Positions 37,306-53,372 are shown, counted from the first letter of the stretch. The stretch: 64,000 bases of DNA from Catajapyx aquilonaris (GCA_000934665.2 JYFJ02000332.1:1-64000), one strand, 5' to 3'. Numbers and translations are program-made. Notes: generated by a model not told the origin, from the sequence alone.

Positions 37306-40300
37306 TGCAGATTTCGACTCCCTGCTCCCTTCCTCTCAGCTGGTGCTCCAATCCGGAACCAAGTCTTGCTCATCTCTCTCCGTCCATCTTGCACGCAACA
37401 AACCAAATAGCCTTGGCTCGCAACAGGTAAAGAGGGGACATTGGATTCTTCCAAGGCTGGAAACAAAACAAAATCGAAAGGAAATCATAAGTGCATTGAA
37501 ATAAAAGGGGGTCAAATCAAATAAACAGTGCACAAATAAAATATAAAAACAGGCCCTCTGAGACCAACCGGCTAATACTAATATAATTAAGACGCTGAAG
37601 GTATTATCTCCAAACCGAGATAACGTGACATTGACAGTTTGCTAGATTCGAACCACGTGACCAGTAGCAGGTTTCGGTCAACAGGCTGCCCCAACTAAAG
37701 CTATCTGAACCTGAGAAAATCACCTACGAGAAAAAGTCGACCTGCACGGTGAAAACTTGCGCTTCACACTGCGTCGCTTTTTGTGCCATCTGATTCACAC
37801 CTTTCGCTATCCCCCTGTTGACGAACCTGTGTATACAAATAGTATCTACAGAATGAGTCACAAGGCCACACAACAGATGGTAATTGAGTTCTGCGAAGTC
37901 CCCTTATCTAATTTCTCATGATCAGAGCACAATAATGTATATCCCAATTCCGGAAACCTAAGATTGTACAATCCAGGTTGTGCTCCTGGCAGAACACGAT
38001 CCATGTTCAACCTGCCACCAGACCAGCCAGCCAACCATCCATCCGAACCGCGATTCAACCGCCCTCCATCCACGTCCATCCTCCATTTATCGAGCAACAC
38101 TAATGGCTCTGCTCTTGTGAAAGCCCCGTTTTCTCCCTTCTCGTCACGCAATTATGTATTTCCCACACATGAGGACGACGACTCTTTAGCTGATGTTGCC
38201 CCTTGGCTTTTTATCTAAGGGGCGTCGTCAGCCTCTCCCCAACAATCGTTATGGAGAGCCCCGTGCCCCACTGATGCAACAACCCTAAAGGTCATGCTGT
38301 ACATCACGTGGGACAATCCTCTTATATGTGATCCTCTCGAGTGGGGAGGATTTTACCAGGGGATTTGCCTACTTTCAAGTGGTCTGTCGACAAACTGTGG
38401 CGAGGCAGAGTGCACGTAACTTATGCCTGTATTTTTACCAGGTACTGCAGGGGGTGAAATTCAGAGTGAAATCTCTGGAAGGGTGAAAGTCGTCCTGCTG
38501 CAAATTAGTCACCAAATTACATTCATTTGAAGAAGTAATAGCCATATACAATCATGGCGCCGGGGTTTCACCCAAGCAGTTTAAACTTATTGGGAATCAG
38601 CGCCATCAGACGGCAATAAAAATGGTAAAGGAAATCCGGTCCAGCCTCACCATACATCAGCTCACCCTACCTGTCTGTAAAACCCTCCAACCTGCCCGAA
38701 AAAAATAATTACGGTCTATAAAAAAGTGGGAGGCTCGATTCCCTTGGACAAAAGGAAGGGGGGTACGGCCCTGATCCTGTTCAAAGGTCGTGAGATTTGG
38801 ATAAGCCAGCTTCCAAAGACCTACTTATACAAGCTAGATCCAGGCAACTCTGTTGTGGCGCCGGCGTCATCACTAATTCTCTTTTCCAAACCACACAAGG
38901 TGAGGGTGAAAGCTGGATGCTGAAGGGGTCAGAAGTGACTCAGCTCTCTCTGGGCCAAATTTTAAGTGTATATTTAATAAAGAAATAAATTTTTAAAATG
39001 AACCTGATTCGATGGCCGTGGGACATGTATTTATTGCACCAAGTGCAACTGGATGCACCGGCCGATGCAATCCACCGCTTGTTTGTAAAACAGGGTGACT
39101 GGTTCGGATGGTGTGGAGACCTGATCACGATTCGGTCGGCGTACAAAAAAAAAGCCTTCAGGCTATCACGGTCCGAGCTTGGAAATACCTCCTTGGTTCC
39201 TTTTTTTTCTCTAACTGATGCCGCCCGTTCGCCGACCTCATCACACTCATAACCACGTCACTTTGGTGTTGTGGTCTGGTCGGGTGTTACATAGGTTCAG
39301 AGGCCCCGAGGCCGGATCTGTACGGTTTCGACATCACTAGTCGTGCCATCACCTTCCGACCTTCCAAGTCGTGATTCTAGGTCATCCTGACCCCTGCTCC
39401 ATATTTTTTGAGTTGAGGGGTGGGGAGGGCTGTATCACGCCCAAGAAGTTACATGTGTGAAAGTGGTCGGTTGCACTTCGCCTACGCCCAGCAACAAACC
39501 AACCTTCCCGTTTCGACACCTTTCCCTCTTTACAACAATCGACCGCTTACATCAACTAGGATGGTCCACTGAATCAGGAAGTTCCATACTTACACCTGAG
39601 AAGTTAGCAATCCACTGCGCAAAACCTGCAGTACACAAACCGGTGATAACACTTAATTGGCCTGTGCCCCTCCTATAGCGCGTAGGAGTCTGCTGCAGTC
39701 TTGAACTTTATGGCGGATCACCCCGTAACTCTCCTTGTAAGGCCAAGCCCATGGGTAGGAAAATTACTATAAGGCGGGTCCCCGTCAACGACCCTGAGCC
39801 CTGCTTCTCCAGAATAGCTAATAAAGGTGGCGGAATAATCGTGTGATATTCGGTCAGGAAGCAGAGACAATGGCCCCTTCCTCAGATGTGTGTCATGCGT
39901 GAGGTGCACTCGCGTGAGCTCTTATGTCAGGGGACAGCTAATTTAGGCTAACTATAACCAGGTTAGGTGTTTCTCACCTACTTGGGTGCCACGCCTTGTC
40001 CACCTGCTATAGATGCGCTCTCCGATACATCCACATGCGCCCACACACAGGTCCTACTTTCAGCACATGTCGCCATACACACACGAGTGCTAGCACACAA
40101 ACAGCTGGAGGTACTAGTGGCCCAGCTTTCACGCCCATATCTCGACCAGCCAATGGAAGGTCGACCCTGGTTCTACACATATGTGAAAGTCAAAACGGCA
40201 GCCGTTTGAAGAAACACCCTGTACACAGTCAATGAACTCGGTGGCTCTGGATGGTCACCGATGTGTTTTGTGTGTTGTGTGCGTGTTGCACGTGAGTGGA

Positions 40301-43300
40301 TGATGAAAAGAGGAAGTCAGTGGGGGTGGCCAATTGGGTAGCTCTTTGGTAGGCGACCTCGAGGGCCTACCAGTTATGCAACAGACTTATATGAATGCAG
40401 CCGATTGGAAACTTACAGGCCGGAAATGGGCTCCTTCAGATATTAGCCTATTTATAGTCGCCTGAGCATGTACATTGTTCTCGAGCAAACAGGATTGTCA
40501 GCGCTAATTTTAAACCCAGGAAAACCCTGCACTACTCTCGATTTCTCACACTCTATTGTCCATGTCTGGCAGATCCGGGACGGCCCATAGTTTGGTGGGC
40601 GCCTAACAAGCTCACCTATACCCCACCTATCGGGTTCAAGAAAAAAGAAATGAAGGGTAGCTGCATCCCGACCTTGGGAGCAAAGAAGAGGGGGCAAGAG
40701 CGGCAACCACGCAGGAAGGCCAATGCTCTCCTCTCGACCAACACGGCCAAGTTGGAAGGAAGGAAAATCCACCAGGGGGAAGTTTGAGAAGAAAAAAAAT
40801 TAGAATACGGAATAATTAAAAAGCCAGCTTACGCGTGGGACGGCCATTTAGGTCCTCGGGTGATAAGGGCACCCAGATTACCTCACTATCTCTATGCACT
40901 ATATTTGTGATTCAACAAGGTTAAATTACAGCCTTATAAAAATGCTGATAAGATTGACGTCAGTAAATATCGCCTTTCGTTTGTTCTATTTTTCTGCATC
41001 TCTCAAATTTCGCGATTCTGCCTTCAACCAACAATTAATTTGACGTACTGTATAACAACTTTTGTTAACACTTTCACTGCATTTCACAGGTACATTTTCT
41101 GGATGTGCACCGGGCGTCTATCTTGTCACTCTTCCGTACTATACTACATGCTCCAGGGGTTTTAATTAATATGAACTGATTCGAAACTCCATTGCGTCTC
41201 CTATCTCCAAATTACCACAGAAACTCATAATACTGACACAATATTCAAAGCTCGAGAACAGCTTGTACTGTCACCGGATTTTCAGTGCATAGTTACGTTC
41301 AAGGTGCGAACGGAAATAAACCGCGATTGCAATATCATTTTTTCCAAGCAAATGTTGTGGGGGCATATTGCAAATGACAAGGCCAGGTAAGGTTTGTCTG
41401 GGAGGCAGGAGACCCCGCCCAGGCCCCGGAAGCAAAACACGGCCGAGAGACCGCGAACAAAAGCCGGATGCAAAGAAGGAAGGAGCCGGAGAGGGAGACT
41501 CGTAATCCGGCGAGCACCATACTCATCACAACAACCGCAAGGAACCGTTTTCCCCCAGAGGGCCTGACCTCGCCGGAACCCCAGGTCAGCTAGGGCTCAC
41601 CCATAATAAGCTGGACTTAAGCCTCCGGAACACATACGCCCGTCCCATTTAAATTAATGAACATTTTGCACGTGACGGACTCAGCTTACTAAACAAAAAA
41701 TTAGGGCGCCTTGGGACCTGCATCTTAAATTAAGCCTAATTAGCCGCCTCTTTTCATTCGGTGCATTTAATCTGGAAAATGTCTGAGTGTAAAAGCAGTT
41801 TGCTGGTTGACGCACCAAATAATATCCAGGAAGCTCGTCCATGTAGCAATTGCATGCGCTTCCCAATTACATCAGGTGGTAATGAATGAACCAATTAGTC
41901 GGAGGATCACGACATTCGTCTCTCACACTGTTTCACCCCGGAGTTTCTACCGATACACAATAGTAGAGAGCTGTGCTTAACATGCTGCAACGGACTCCAA
42001 TTATTACAGCAAATATTTCGAATCACCGTTCTTTTTACCACCGGAGCGACCTTGGCTCTACCATCAATTTGGCTTTAAAAAAAATACAGGAGTGCACTTC
42101 TGTCGCAAAGTGCAATAACCCAAGGGTAGATTGCTGCAACCAATCCACCTTTGCCCGAAGCACGGCTCAAACGCAACAAAAAAAAAGCCGCTTGCTAAAA
42201 AAGAAGCAAAGATGTATTGCATGAACACAAAAGCCCACGTGTTAGTACAGGGAACAATCGGCCCAAACTTCCTTTGAATCTGCCACATTTGTCATTTACA
42301 CACACCTGGACACCGCACACTAATGGGAATCAATATTTACTAGTGCAGCAGAAAACCGACATGTTTACCAGGAAAGCAGCTAAACTAATTTGCTCAGCAA
42401 ATGAACGGAGCAAACAGCCAGAGATTTTGGGAGCCATCCACTGAAACCGAAATCTGCCAGCATTCCCCTAGAAACCCACATTCGTCACTTCCGCCAAATG
42501 TGGGAGGCGGTACATCAGATATGTGTGCCGCAGCATACTGATGAAATCGCACGCGGAAAACCCACCGCGACATGCTAATTACCCGTTTCGGAAGCTGTGT
42601 CAGCCGAGAAGCATCTCGGATGTCAATCTCACAGGGTCAAGTTAAGCCCAGCCTCCATGAAATTATAACAAAAAAAATGAAGGTACTACCGCAATTTGTA
42701 AATTTTTTTCTGAAAATTCCAACAAAAATTTGAAGGTCAACAATACGCATTTTTGGGCCCACATGTTAAAAATGTGGAAAGTTTGCTCCCACTTTGCACA
42801 TTTACATGCGATCAAACCCGCACATCCGTTGTGCACATGCAACAGAATTTCTTCGCGCAACACAAATGATTTCTCCGCCACAGCATGTCCATAAAGGGGG
42901 AACGATCCTCTGACCAAAGGATGTGACTTCTTTCCGCTCCATTCAGACGATCGGTGCCTCTCAAAAAAAACCGTCGTCCATGAGAATAATAACTACGAAG
43001 TGCTCGACACGAAGGGTGTGGACGCTCCACCGACAAAGTGGAACAATCTCCAATTTGTGGTCGTGAGGACAAAAAATTAGTTGCAATTGCGAAAACAAAA
43101 CCTTCAAGGGCAAGAAGTTTCGTGACTATACTCTTTTTTTTTCCTCTTGTACCTTCTTGAGACGGGGCTGTGCCGTACTTGATGGCTCGAATTGCCTAGG
43201 TTTTATTTTATGGAGTGAGTCGGCGGTTGCATATTCATTACATCGACCCCGTTGGGAGGACACTGCTGCCCGCGGGCCATGGAACATCGAAAGGGAAACT

Positions 43301-45096
43301 GACTTGTTCTCTTCACGACTTCACCCCCCTCCTCTCTCCTAACTCCCACCACCTTGTAGCCTGCCTTTTACTTCTCTCTCACCTCCATGGTTGGAACTAA
43401 CGCCCTGAGGCCTTCAACCGCTTTCCTGACAAAAACCAAAACTTCGTTCAAAAATTTAAGCCGCTTAAATTTACAACAGGAAATTGATCGCACCGCAGGC
43501 TCCTTCCATCCAGAATATTCAAGGTGTGATTCAGATGATTTGGAAGCAAGTAGTGAGTTTCTTATCTATTTGTAGGGGGGGCTCCACAAATCTCCCCATG
43601 AGAAATTCCTTGGGCGAGCCTCCACTTACACGGTTCCCACGCCCGCAGCCATCTTCCCACGCCTTCACCAGCTCTAGCTATAGATATGAAGCCTGCGCCT
43701 CAAATGCCATCTTTAGGGGAACCCACGCCCTTCCAAGACGGTTCCAACAACCTTTTCCATTTTTTGTCCAGCTCATTCATCTCTGCGACAGGGAGGGCTT
43801 ACCAGCAAAAAAGGTACCGGTAGGACCCCCGGGGATGTCACGTGATCGGCTTGGAACTCTATTGAACCCCCACTAGTATAGTGGAGGGGTGTCTCCCACC
43901 CTGGTTTGCCTTTCGCTCGCCAAGGTGGGCCTCACCTGGAACAAAGAAAAAGCCCTCCCTTCTCGATCGCCTACCCACAAAAATCGGGCATGATTCAACA
44001 TGTCTAACCGCCTACAGACTGGCAACAGACACAACCTTGCTGACCTCTCGAACAAAAAACAAAAAACATGCCACACAACGCAATTAAGTCCTCCAATTGT
44101 GTGCTGACCATTGTCAGACCGCACCATCTGCGCAAATGTCAATCTCTATTGTCTTCAAAACATACGCAATGACCGCATTGTTGGGGAAACCTTGGCAACA
44201 ACAACATTCAGCTGTACACTGTACAGACATCCGGAGACCTATACAATTGCAATCAGGTCATATGAGTGCAATTGGATCAATGGTCCCTTTAATCCGCTAT
44301 TCAGTGCTTGTCAATGTCGCAGTACCATATGTGTACAGTACTTATGTCCGAAAGCACGTGGACCAGCTGTATTTTAATCTATTAGCCTTATTAGCCGCCT
44401 CGTCCAGAAACTGACACCCTGCATCCGGTTGCTGGACTGGGCTCTGGTTTCCCCCAAGTGCCTTCTGCGAACCAAATGGCATTGAAAGTGATGGTTATGT
44501 TCTTTCCGGCAGCCTATCAACATCCTACTAAATAGTAGTACCGGTTACCGAACGAGGATAATAATTTACACCGAGACCGGGTAACCCATTCCTTTTGAGG
44601 TTTTAGGCCCAACATGAATAATCCAGTGTGTACCATATAACCGGCAATAAGTAGCGTGAAAATGCACATGTTAACTTCTCGGTCCCGAAGTTGTAACACA
44701 TGCATATTCATTCAAAAGTAAAACATTCTTAAGTTTACAGAGCGTGTAAACCCACATTTATGTCCGACTAATCCGAATGCGTATCGATGGCTATCTAGGG
44801 CATACACCCATTATACTTTAAAAGCGTTTAATCCGCTTTAACAAGCTCCATCCTGGTTACAACGTTTCCGACGATGACTACACAAAACTGGCAACTAATG
44901 AAGCTGTTCCATGTAAATGAGCAAAATAATACCTTCAGTCTGTCAATTAAAAATCCCCCTTCATTGTATCTATCCTTGGCGTGACCTTACAACACATCCG
45001 CCAGGTATCAAAAATGGCCGAAGAGGAAAAGTTGACCAACCTGAACACCAGGTGTAAGTGTGTATAATCCAGCCGAACCCCGTTTCACACACTCAC

Positions 45097-45288
45097 TGCC
45101 AATGTTTCACTAAACCACACCATCAGCAACCTCCTCCTCCGGCAAACGGAGCCAGTCTGAGCTTGCTTCTTCGGGCCATAGCTCCCTTTCTTCTTTATCC
45201 TCCTTCTTCCTCCTCCTTCTCCTCCACCTCCTGCCCACTTCCCCTCCACCACCTGGTGGCCAGCGTTGCTTTCCCCACCTGCCGCCAT
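45097..45288 (-). CDS. Candidate alternative first (or internal) coding exon of DYRK (MAAGGESNAGHQVVEGKW...LLMVWFSETLA)
   Basis: ATGGCG at 45288, 64 open codons and a phase-0 donor GCA|GTGAGT at 45097/45096. Confidence 0.4.
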
Positions 45289-48200
45289 CTGCACATTTCC
45301 AGCTCATTCAAAAAAAATATCAGTATGACCTACCCCACACTTCGAAAATAACATTTACTATGTACAAATAGATTTGGTGGTACTTTTGGGCAGATGGTAA
45401 GTTAGGACCAAACTGGTCTGGGCAGCCATGTGCCTGCTTCAGGGTCGGAGGTCTCCTTCACAAAGGGGCCAAGACGAGCTGAAGTGGAGTAAAAAATGGC
45501 AGCGGCAGATGCACAAGGAATCGTCTTGAAGACCACGTGCCCAGGTCCCCGCCCCAGGTATAACCCAGGCAGGTGCTCACCACACCCAACTTGGCGCATT
45601 TCCTGCTGAAGGAATTGATTTGCGACCAGTTCCAAATCGGGGTGGGAATGTTCCCAAGGTATGCATGACAATATAGGTATTGCATAACTTCCGGCAGTGT
45701 GTCTTGCAGTATTGATGCGGGAATGACATGACTGTAACTGGGAGTGAAAATGAAGCTAGGTCGAATGTTGCCCTATTCCGGACGAGTTGGGAAGTGAAAG
45801 GGGCCGAGAAGAGACCAAATGGGATAGTAAACGTTGCAGCAGCCGAGTCCAGTAGACTTTCCCGGGCTCGTTCCTCCAGAACAGGTTATGGTCCCTTTTC
45901 CAGCCAACCGAAGAAGTATAAGAAGCCTGAGAACAGCAGCCATGACCAACTTCCCACTCATCCTGCACACACTTGGACTCACTCAAATTTTTGCATTGTT
46001 ATTTTGTCCCACTCTAGATATCTTGTCTTTTTTAGGTGGCTGTTGCAGATTTATGTGTTACGCTTACTTCCATAATTTGCACACCATTATGTCATGAATT
46101 GATGCGATGTGCTGTCACGTGAAAGTAATCCTTGTGCTGCAGCCGTGACGGGACTACGCCAATTTCGATGTAAATGATCTTAAATATTCATGTGTTACTC
46201 GTGCTGTAACACATTGTGTTCTCAGGGGGGTTACACTACGATAAATTTCAGCGCAAATAATTTCAGGTTTACGGGGCGAGCTTGTAAAAGAAAAAATTCA
46301 ATCTGAGCAAGCGTCTTGCCGCGTGCACGTTACGGTGAACATTACTTTCGCAAATCCGCATTTTAAAATGATAATGATCGCAATTTTCCTCTAAGAGCAG
46401 CTCCAGATCCCTGGACCTAAATACCGGGCGATAAAAGGAATAAAAAAAATATGGTACAAAAAAGTTAAACAGACGCACAATCTGATCCCAAAAATCACAG
46501 TTATGATGGCGGGTGAAACAGAGCGAATTCAAGCAGGATACGCGTATTCCAGAAATTTGGTAGAGTAATGCTCCAGCAATCAAGTCGCTTCAGGTCACGC
46601 AACTCTCTGGCAGCAATGTGTAACTATCCTCAACCAAATGATACTCGTTCTCCTCTCATGTACAGGTACCCAAATTCTTTCTACCATGATGCTACCGGCC
46701 ATAACACCTCTGGAACCGCCCTTGGCCCCAATCTCACCATTCATAAAAATACTCTCAGAAAACACACTTCCAAAATGCAGCCATCTCAATATGTGTCACC
46801 TGGGCCCCCTTTGTCTGTGTCAATCCCCTGCATAATCTTCCCCTTCACAATGGGACCCCCTTTTCAGAATGGTAACTCCATATTGTGAAGCGGCCTGAAA
46901 AGCACATCAGAGAACGATCACGGAGAGTTTTAGTTACCAAAAAAAAAAAATCTAGCAGGGGAAAAAAGGAGGGTGGAAGAAACGGGAACGAGATTTACCT
47001 TTACGGTAACGCCGTGGGAAAGGAGACTGGGCAGGAAGGAACGGCCCGGATTGCAAGGAAAAAAAAAGTTTTAATTGCCCGGCTGACTATGGCTGGCTCA
47101 ATGAAACAAGACTCAAAGGGATGAAAAGGGATTTAAATTAGTTCCACCTGCATGACATGCAATGTCAGATCCAGCTTGTGAAACTGTTCTAATCTGGGGA
47201 AGTTACCGTGCATATGTGTAATATGCAAAAGCTGCGTATTACACAAGAGGAAATAACGGTGCAGGTGAATAAGACAGACATTTATGATTGACAAGTTAGA
47301 GCAAGTACGTGCACTCTAATGTACTGTACAGTATCATATACCTTCCAGTGTTGTACACCGGCTATAGCCTGCGCAGAATTGGAGTTCCCCAGGGAAGTGC
47401 GTGTGAAGGCTCAACAATTTCCTTCAATTTACCGGACAGTGACTGGGGAAATAAAATTAAATGCCAAGAAAAAGAAAACGCATTTTCCGTGCGCTAGACA
47501 AAACAAAACGCCATCATATCTGTGCCAATCTAGTTTCCTAATGGACAAGGAAATACAAGACAAGACTTGTACTGTAGCTCTGTGTCGCACACGTATGCGA
47601 AATGACATTCGAGGATTCTCCTGAAAACAGTTGAACTCTTTTCATGGAAAAGTAATAATTTGATAAAGCTGAAGGAGTGTCCCAGCAGACACAGCCTGCT
47701 ACCGACTACCGTGTATGGAGAATGGTTATGAGAAGGTCTGAGAAAGGGCTCGGCACCTCCTATTGTGCAGCAAAGACAAAGAACTGAGAGAATGTGTGTC
47801 TATACACACACGCTGGAACGAGTAGGAGGACAGGTAACCTTTGCGTGCGAATGAATCCCCAGTACAAAAGCCTGTCTTAATTACCCTAGTCCCGGTACAG
47901 GATATATACCGTACGTGCTGCATAAGACAAAACTTGTGTATTCCTCGTGTCCTTGATAGGGTCGTAGGATGGGTTGGGGCGGAGGGGGTTAGGGAAGAAA
48001 AAGCTGGTTCATGATAATTATGTGTGTATGTGCGTGAGTGTTGTCTTATTCGTCCCAGACCCAGACCCAGTATCAGAATGGCTATCCCGTTGCTAACCTT
48101 GCACTAACACCTTTGAGGACATGATCATCCCAGGCCCAAATCGGTGATGGGGTCGTTCCGTAAGAGAATCAGCAACTGGATACGACATTCCTACACGTGG

Positions 48201-51200
48201 ATATACGTGCGACTCTTTTGTAACGCAGGAAATTAATCCTAGGAAGTCATCTTCACAGGCATTTCGGTTGCTGTAACTTTGGTGTAAGGGCTTCCGTTAG
48301 AAGCGTGCTGTTATCTGGATCCTTTCAGTACAAAACTGACAAAAAAGGGGTATGCAAAATGCACTTTTGTTCTGAACACCTTTACGACTTGTGACAGACA
48401 GGTGAAAAATGAGGTACACTTTGTGCGAGACGCTAATGAGCTGATCCGTTTTGTATCAGCTCTACATTATTGTCAACGGGTGTAAAGCTCCAGGTATATA
48501 ACAATAGTTAATTCTATTTCTGTTAAATATTGCGGTAGGTCAACCATGTGAAACGAACCATAAGAAACATATCGCTGAATCGTAAAAATATGACTAATCA
48601 AATATATTGCTCAGCTCTATGCAACCACAACCAGCACATCATTTTTTTAAATGCTCCATATACCCTTTAGATGGCCTGATATTGATAAGCAACTAACTTT
48701 TCCTAGATTTTAGGAGCATCGCAAGTTGGAATCAAGCAGCGTGCAGTAAAAATAATTGCGATTCACTAGAGCGTGCTAAGTACTCATCGATCCTCATCCA
48801 TGCAAACACGTCTATATTCAAATAGTCGGTAGCAAGTTGAGTGACCCAAGGGGACTCTGAAGCACAAACAAGTCGTCACTCTGCGAAAGTGTAAGCCTGC
48901 CCCTGTGGGGAAACGCTTCTAAAAACACACGCCTACTTCCCCCCTTAAAAGTTCCGTCGAATGATAATAGGCACAAGACACAAAAACCCATTCTGCACTA
49001 GAGAGGTAAAGATTCGCGTTCCTTGGAGCGTGAATCTGTTTGGAAGCCAAAAGGGAAAGAGAAAGCAGGTAGATCACAACAAAAGCGTCTCAGCTGTAAA
49101 ACCTCAACCATTGTGGCCATCCTGATACAGAGAGAAATGGTTGGCGGCGTAATATTTTTCTCTATCCTCTCCCGGTTTCTCAGCTGGAACCAGACGCCAT
49201 CAAAAAGTCCGGATGGAAGTTCCTCTCCCACCACCTACCTACCCTGTCTACAACCCCTCCTTTTTTTTCCTTGCCCACATCCACCCACCTCTGGCCAAAC
49301 CCAAACCCCCTCCTCTTAGGAAACAATGGTGGAAGGTCACACATCACGTACAAAAGAAACTCTGGTACTATGCATTTTGATAGGATCAACCAACAAGACA
49401 CTTGTCACTAAAATATTATTTCAAAACTTTACAAACATAAAAATTATATGGCAGACAGTTCGAACAGCCCCTAAGTTTTTCACTATCTGGTAATGATTTA
49501 CGTTCTAAACCAACACCCAACCAGATTCATGCTTAAGAAGGTGATGGTTCAATCCGTGACTCGCACTTTTTTTTATACATACTTCTTCCTTCTAAAATGC
49601 AACTTCACGACCGGGCCCAAAATTTGCGCCTCCAACATGGGCGGTACTGAATCCCTCTAGACTACGGAAATCACGATCTTGGAAGAGCAAAGGCCGCACA
49701 AGCCACCAATCACACAAAGAGCCTGTACCGTTGTTGGTACGCTTATTCTAAAAGGGTCGGGGAGTCCTCAAAAGTGCAGTGAACCTTGTGGCCATCAAGA
49801 GTATTTGCCCTCTGTCTGCACATTTCCCTCCTAACCGTCTACTAAGGGAGGACACCTGAGACACCATCCGCCTCCACTGTGTGTACCCTCTTCCCCCCCC
49901 CCCTCCCCATTGGGACCATTTTTCCCCCACTTACTTTTTTGTGTAACCAAACCCGACCTTGTAGGTTTGGTTTTCAGTTTTCCAAAGTTGCTCATATGCT
50001 TCGGCCCGTATTGAACTTTAATTAACCGTTGATTTAGAGAGAGTTGATATTGGGCTACGATTGGCTGCAGGCAATAATCGACTGAGGCTGAATTTTTTAT
50101 GTATTAAAATTCAAATATTTACACAATCTCGTCATTGAAAAAGTTCACCATATATTGTGTGTGATCAAATTGATCCGATTTTAGTTTCAGGTCGCTCAAT
50201 TTTGAGTTAAATTTCGCTAATTTCACAGCGGAGTCTAGTACTATTAACCGCTGCTGTGAGGTTCAATTAACAAAAATGGACGTAATTATGTGCCTGGTCA
50301 TAACGAATCACTAGAGACACCTCTCGACAGGTGCAGCACACCAGGTAAAAGCCAGGATACAATGCTCGCCATCTAGTGGTTATCCAAACCCACTCTACTG
50401 TAACGCCCTAATCAGGTCAGCAACATAATCGAGTTTCCAATTATTAAACTGTCTGAAACGAGTTTTGACAATGTCAACCCCCCACAAAAAAAACACATGA
50501 CGTCACCTGTCCGTGCCGCATCAGCAGTAATGCATACCAAAACAGTTTAAAAATGCGTGAGGGCTGAAACCTAAATAATATTTAAACCCCCCATTACAGG
50601 GGACGACAGGTGGTATTACAGCGCATCCCTGTCGGAATACAGAACATTGACGTGATTGAAAAGACGAGTCTCAGCTGGTGTTCCATGGCATCTAAGTGGC
50701 ATGCACTTTTCCGTGCTGTGGTGGCCTTTGGGCGACCCCTCCCGAAAAAAATGGCGCTTTTTTACCCTTGTCGGTGTGGTGATCGATGCTGTGTTTGATT
50801 AAGGTGGAGTCACGCCATGACAAGATAATTACCGATGGTACACGGACACGCCAGCTGATTTTGGGCAAAAATGAAGGGCTTAGGCTGACTCAGCCCCTTT
50901 GCCCATGGAACACGAAGCCTTTTCATGTGGAACTGGCCATTCTTCTTCACCATGGATATGTAACGCGGTGTGTCCACCTCCTCCATTGATCGGTACTTTA
51001 ACTGACCTTTCCCGGGTAGGTGATCGTTGCCAGCTCATTTGCGTATGTCACCTCTAATCTGCTTGCGCTCGCAGATTTTCGAAAAAAGAGAGGGGGATAT
51101 TAAACTCTTATCAGTGTTTGCGTGTGCAAACTGCGGTTAATGAAACTGTAGATGTCAGTGAAATATACTGGGGCAGTTGTCAGGTGTCGCATTGGCCTAA

Positions 51201-53372
51201 ATCATTTCTGGTAGGGTCATTTGCCTTGAGGATGATGATGATGAGGAAGGATTTTCTCCGACACGTAAAGTCGCTTCCTAGAAAGTCGAATTAATTTTAT
51301 AACCGTCACGAAGTTGACACGATGAGTACGGTATAAGTTATGACCCACGAAATTGAATTTTGGAATATAAAAAATTCTGTGGCTCGTCGAGCAAAAATGT
51401 ATAGCACTAGTATATTAATGTTTGTACAGTCTGAGGACGTCAAATGGGAATTCTCGGTGATTTGGGATAGGGCAATATTAGATTTTCATGACTCTATTAC
51501 AGACTAACGGGCCCCAATTTTTTCACAAAACGTAACACGCAATTTGTACATGCAGGTTAACGGTAACGCCTGACCACAACTGAAACATCAATATATGCCT
51601 AATTTAGAGCTTCTAATTTTAAATTCCTCCGTTAATACTCGCTCTAAATATGCGCCCCAAAAAAGTTCAACGACAGCCATAACTCATCACATCTTCCCCC
51701 TTATTGAAAATTCCCTTTAAAATTCCTGCATGTTTCCCCTGGCCTAATGCATGCTCAACCATATGGCCTCCATGTGCTGGTAAAACGACATGGCGTAAAA
51801 AAAAACCTGACTTAAAGTTGCAACCACGAGTAAATCGATATAAGGGTCCCACCTGACTCAAACCCTGCAGTGTTTTGGTGCCACAAATCAATCATTAACT
51901 ATGACATCCGCATGGAAGAACCCAGCATCCAGCAAGCCAGTGAGGGATGATCCTGTATAATTCAAGGGCTGGACGAAGCAATTCCCAAATCACCTTCGGA
52001 TTTTATTCCTGCGCATAGACCGGCGGATCAATCTGACCACGAAGAGAATTCTCAAAGGTGAAACGAGGTTACCTAAAAAAAAAAATGTACATAAGGCTTC
52101 CTTCGTCACTGGGAATTATATGCGAGTCAGACGGACTTCCAGACTTTACGACCAGTCGAATGGACACTTCGAACTCAAATCGTCTTGGAGTGGACCAGGA
52201 TGGTGTGCGACCAGCATCCGTTACGCTGGTGTCGTCGAATAAATTTTTTGTTTTGTTTTTGGGTAACTGAGTGTGTAATTTGCGGTTAGAACATGAATAG
52301 TGCATCAGGTTTATTCTACTAATTAGAGAGTTACGATGGCAAAAAAGGGCCATGAATATTTAAGTTTTGTTGAAACTGGCTACCTTTTTTCCTGAGCTTT
52401 GGTTCCGTACGCCTACAGGTCTCGTTTTAATGCAATGATTCCTCAGCTGAAGACTTGAAAGCAGAGAAATCTGAATGGAGTTGAATAAATAAGTCTGAAA
52501 GGCTTCCATTCGCCTACACAAAAAAGTGAAATATAACGTTACAAAAATAATATCCTCCGAAAGCAATTAACCAAGTCCGACCGAGCGAAACCTTAACAGT
52601 GGAAAATTAAAACAAAACAGTTTCCAGGATGCCTACAGTAAGGATAACACCCCGTGGCTATGCAATCACGCTCTGCAGATGAGATTCTCAGGTTGCATAA
52701 TCGTCAGGATAGGAAGAAGCGTACTGTACAATAGCAGAAGAGTGTACGCAGCCTCTTTGCATGATTACTTTGGCACTACGAGTCTTGCGAATAAGCATAT
52801 TCAACCTACTTGACATACACCAGACATCTGAATGTGCCATGTCTATTGCACCCGTAACTGCCAGACATAAAACATGCACCATGTCTCGGTATTGTCAAAC
52901 ATACTCATTACCTTAATAAAAGTCATATTAACACCGCCTCCTTATTTTTCTCGCTCCTCCTACTCCTCCTTTGCGTCTATTTTAAAGCTTCAATTAGGCT
53001 GAGTGCTCAAAAATTACTCTCATACCATCTCGACTATATATCCACGAAAAAGGCACAAGACGACACGAACCTCTGCCCTTAATTTAAGAGTAGATGTCAA
53101 AGGGCACAAACAAGTGTAAGAACACTGCAACTATATAATTACAAAACCATATAGCCCGCATTGCGATAAACTTAAAAAAAGCACTTTTGGGGCACCCACT
53201 GCTACATGACACGTTCATTTCCTTAAGAGCAAAAGCACCTCGTGAAATTTTATATTTCGCCTCGCAAGTTCCATCGAGCCGCTAAAGCGTTTCAACCTGA
53301 GAGCTATCCAATTTCAACATTTTCTGCGGTTTCCGGCGGTAACACAATCCCTGCTGGCCTAACATACGCCAC

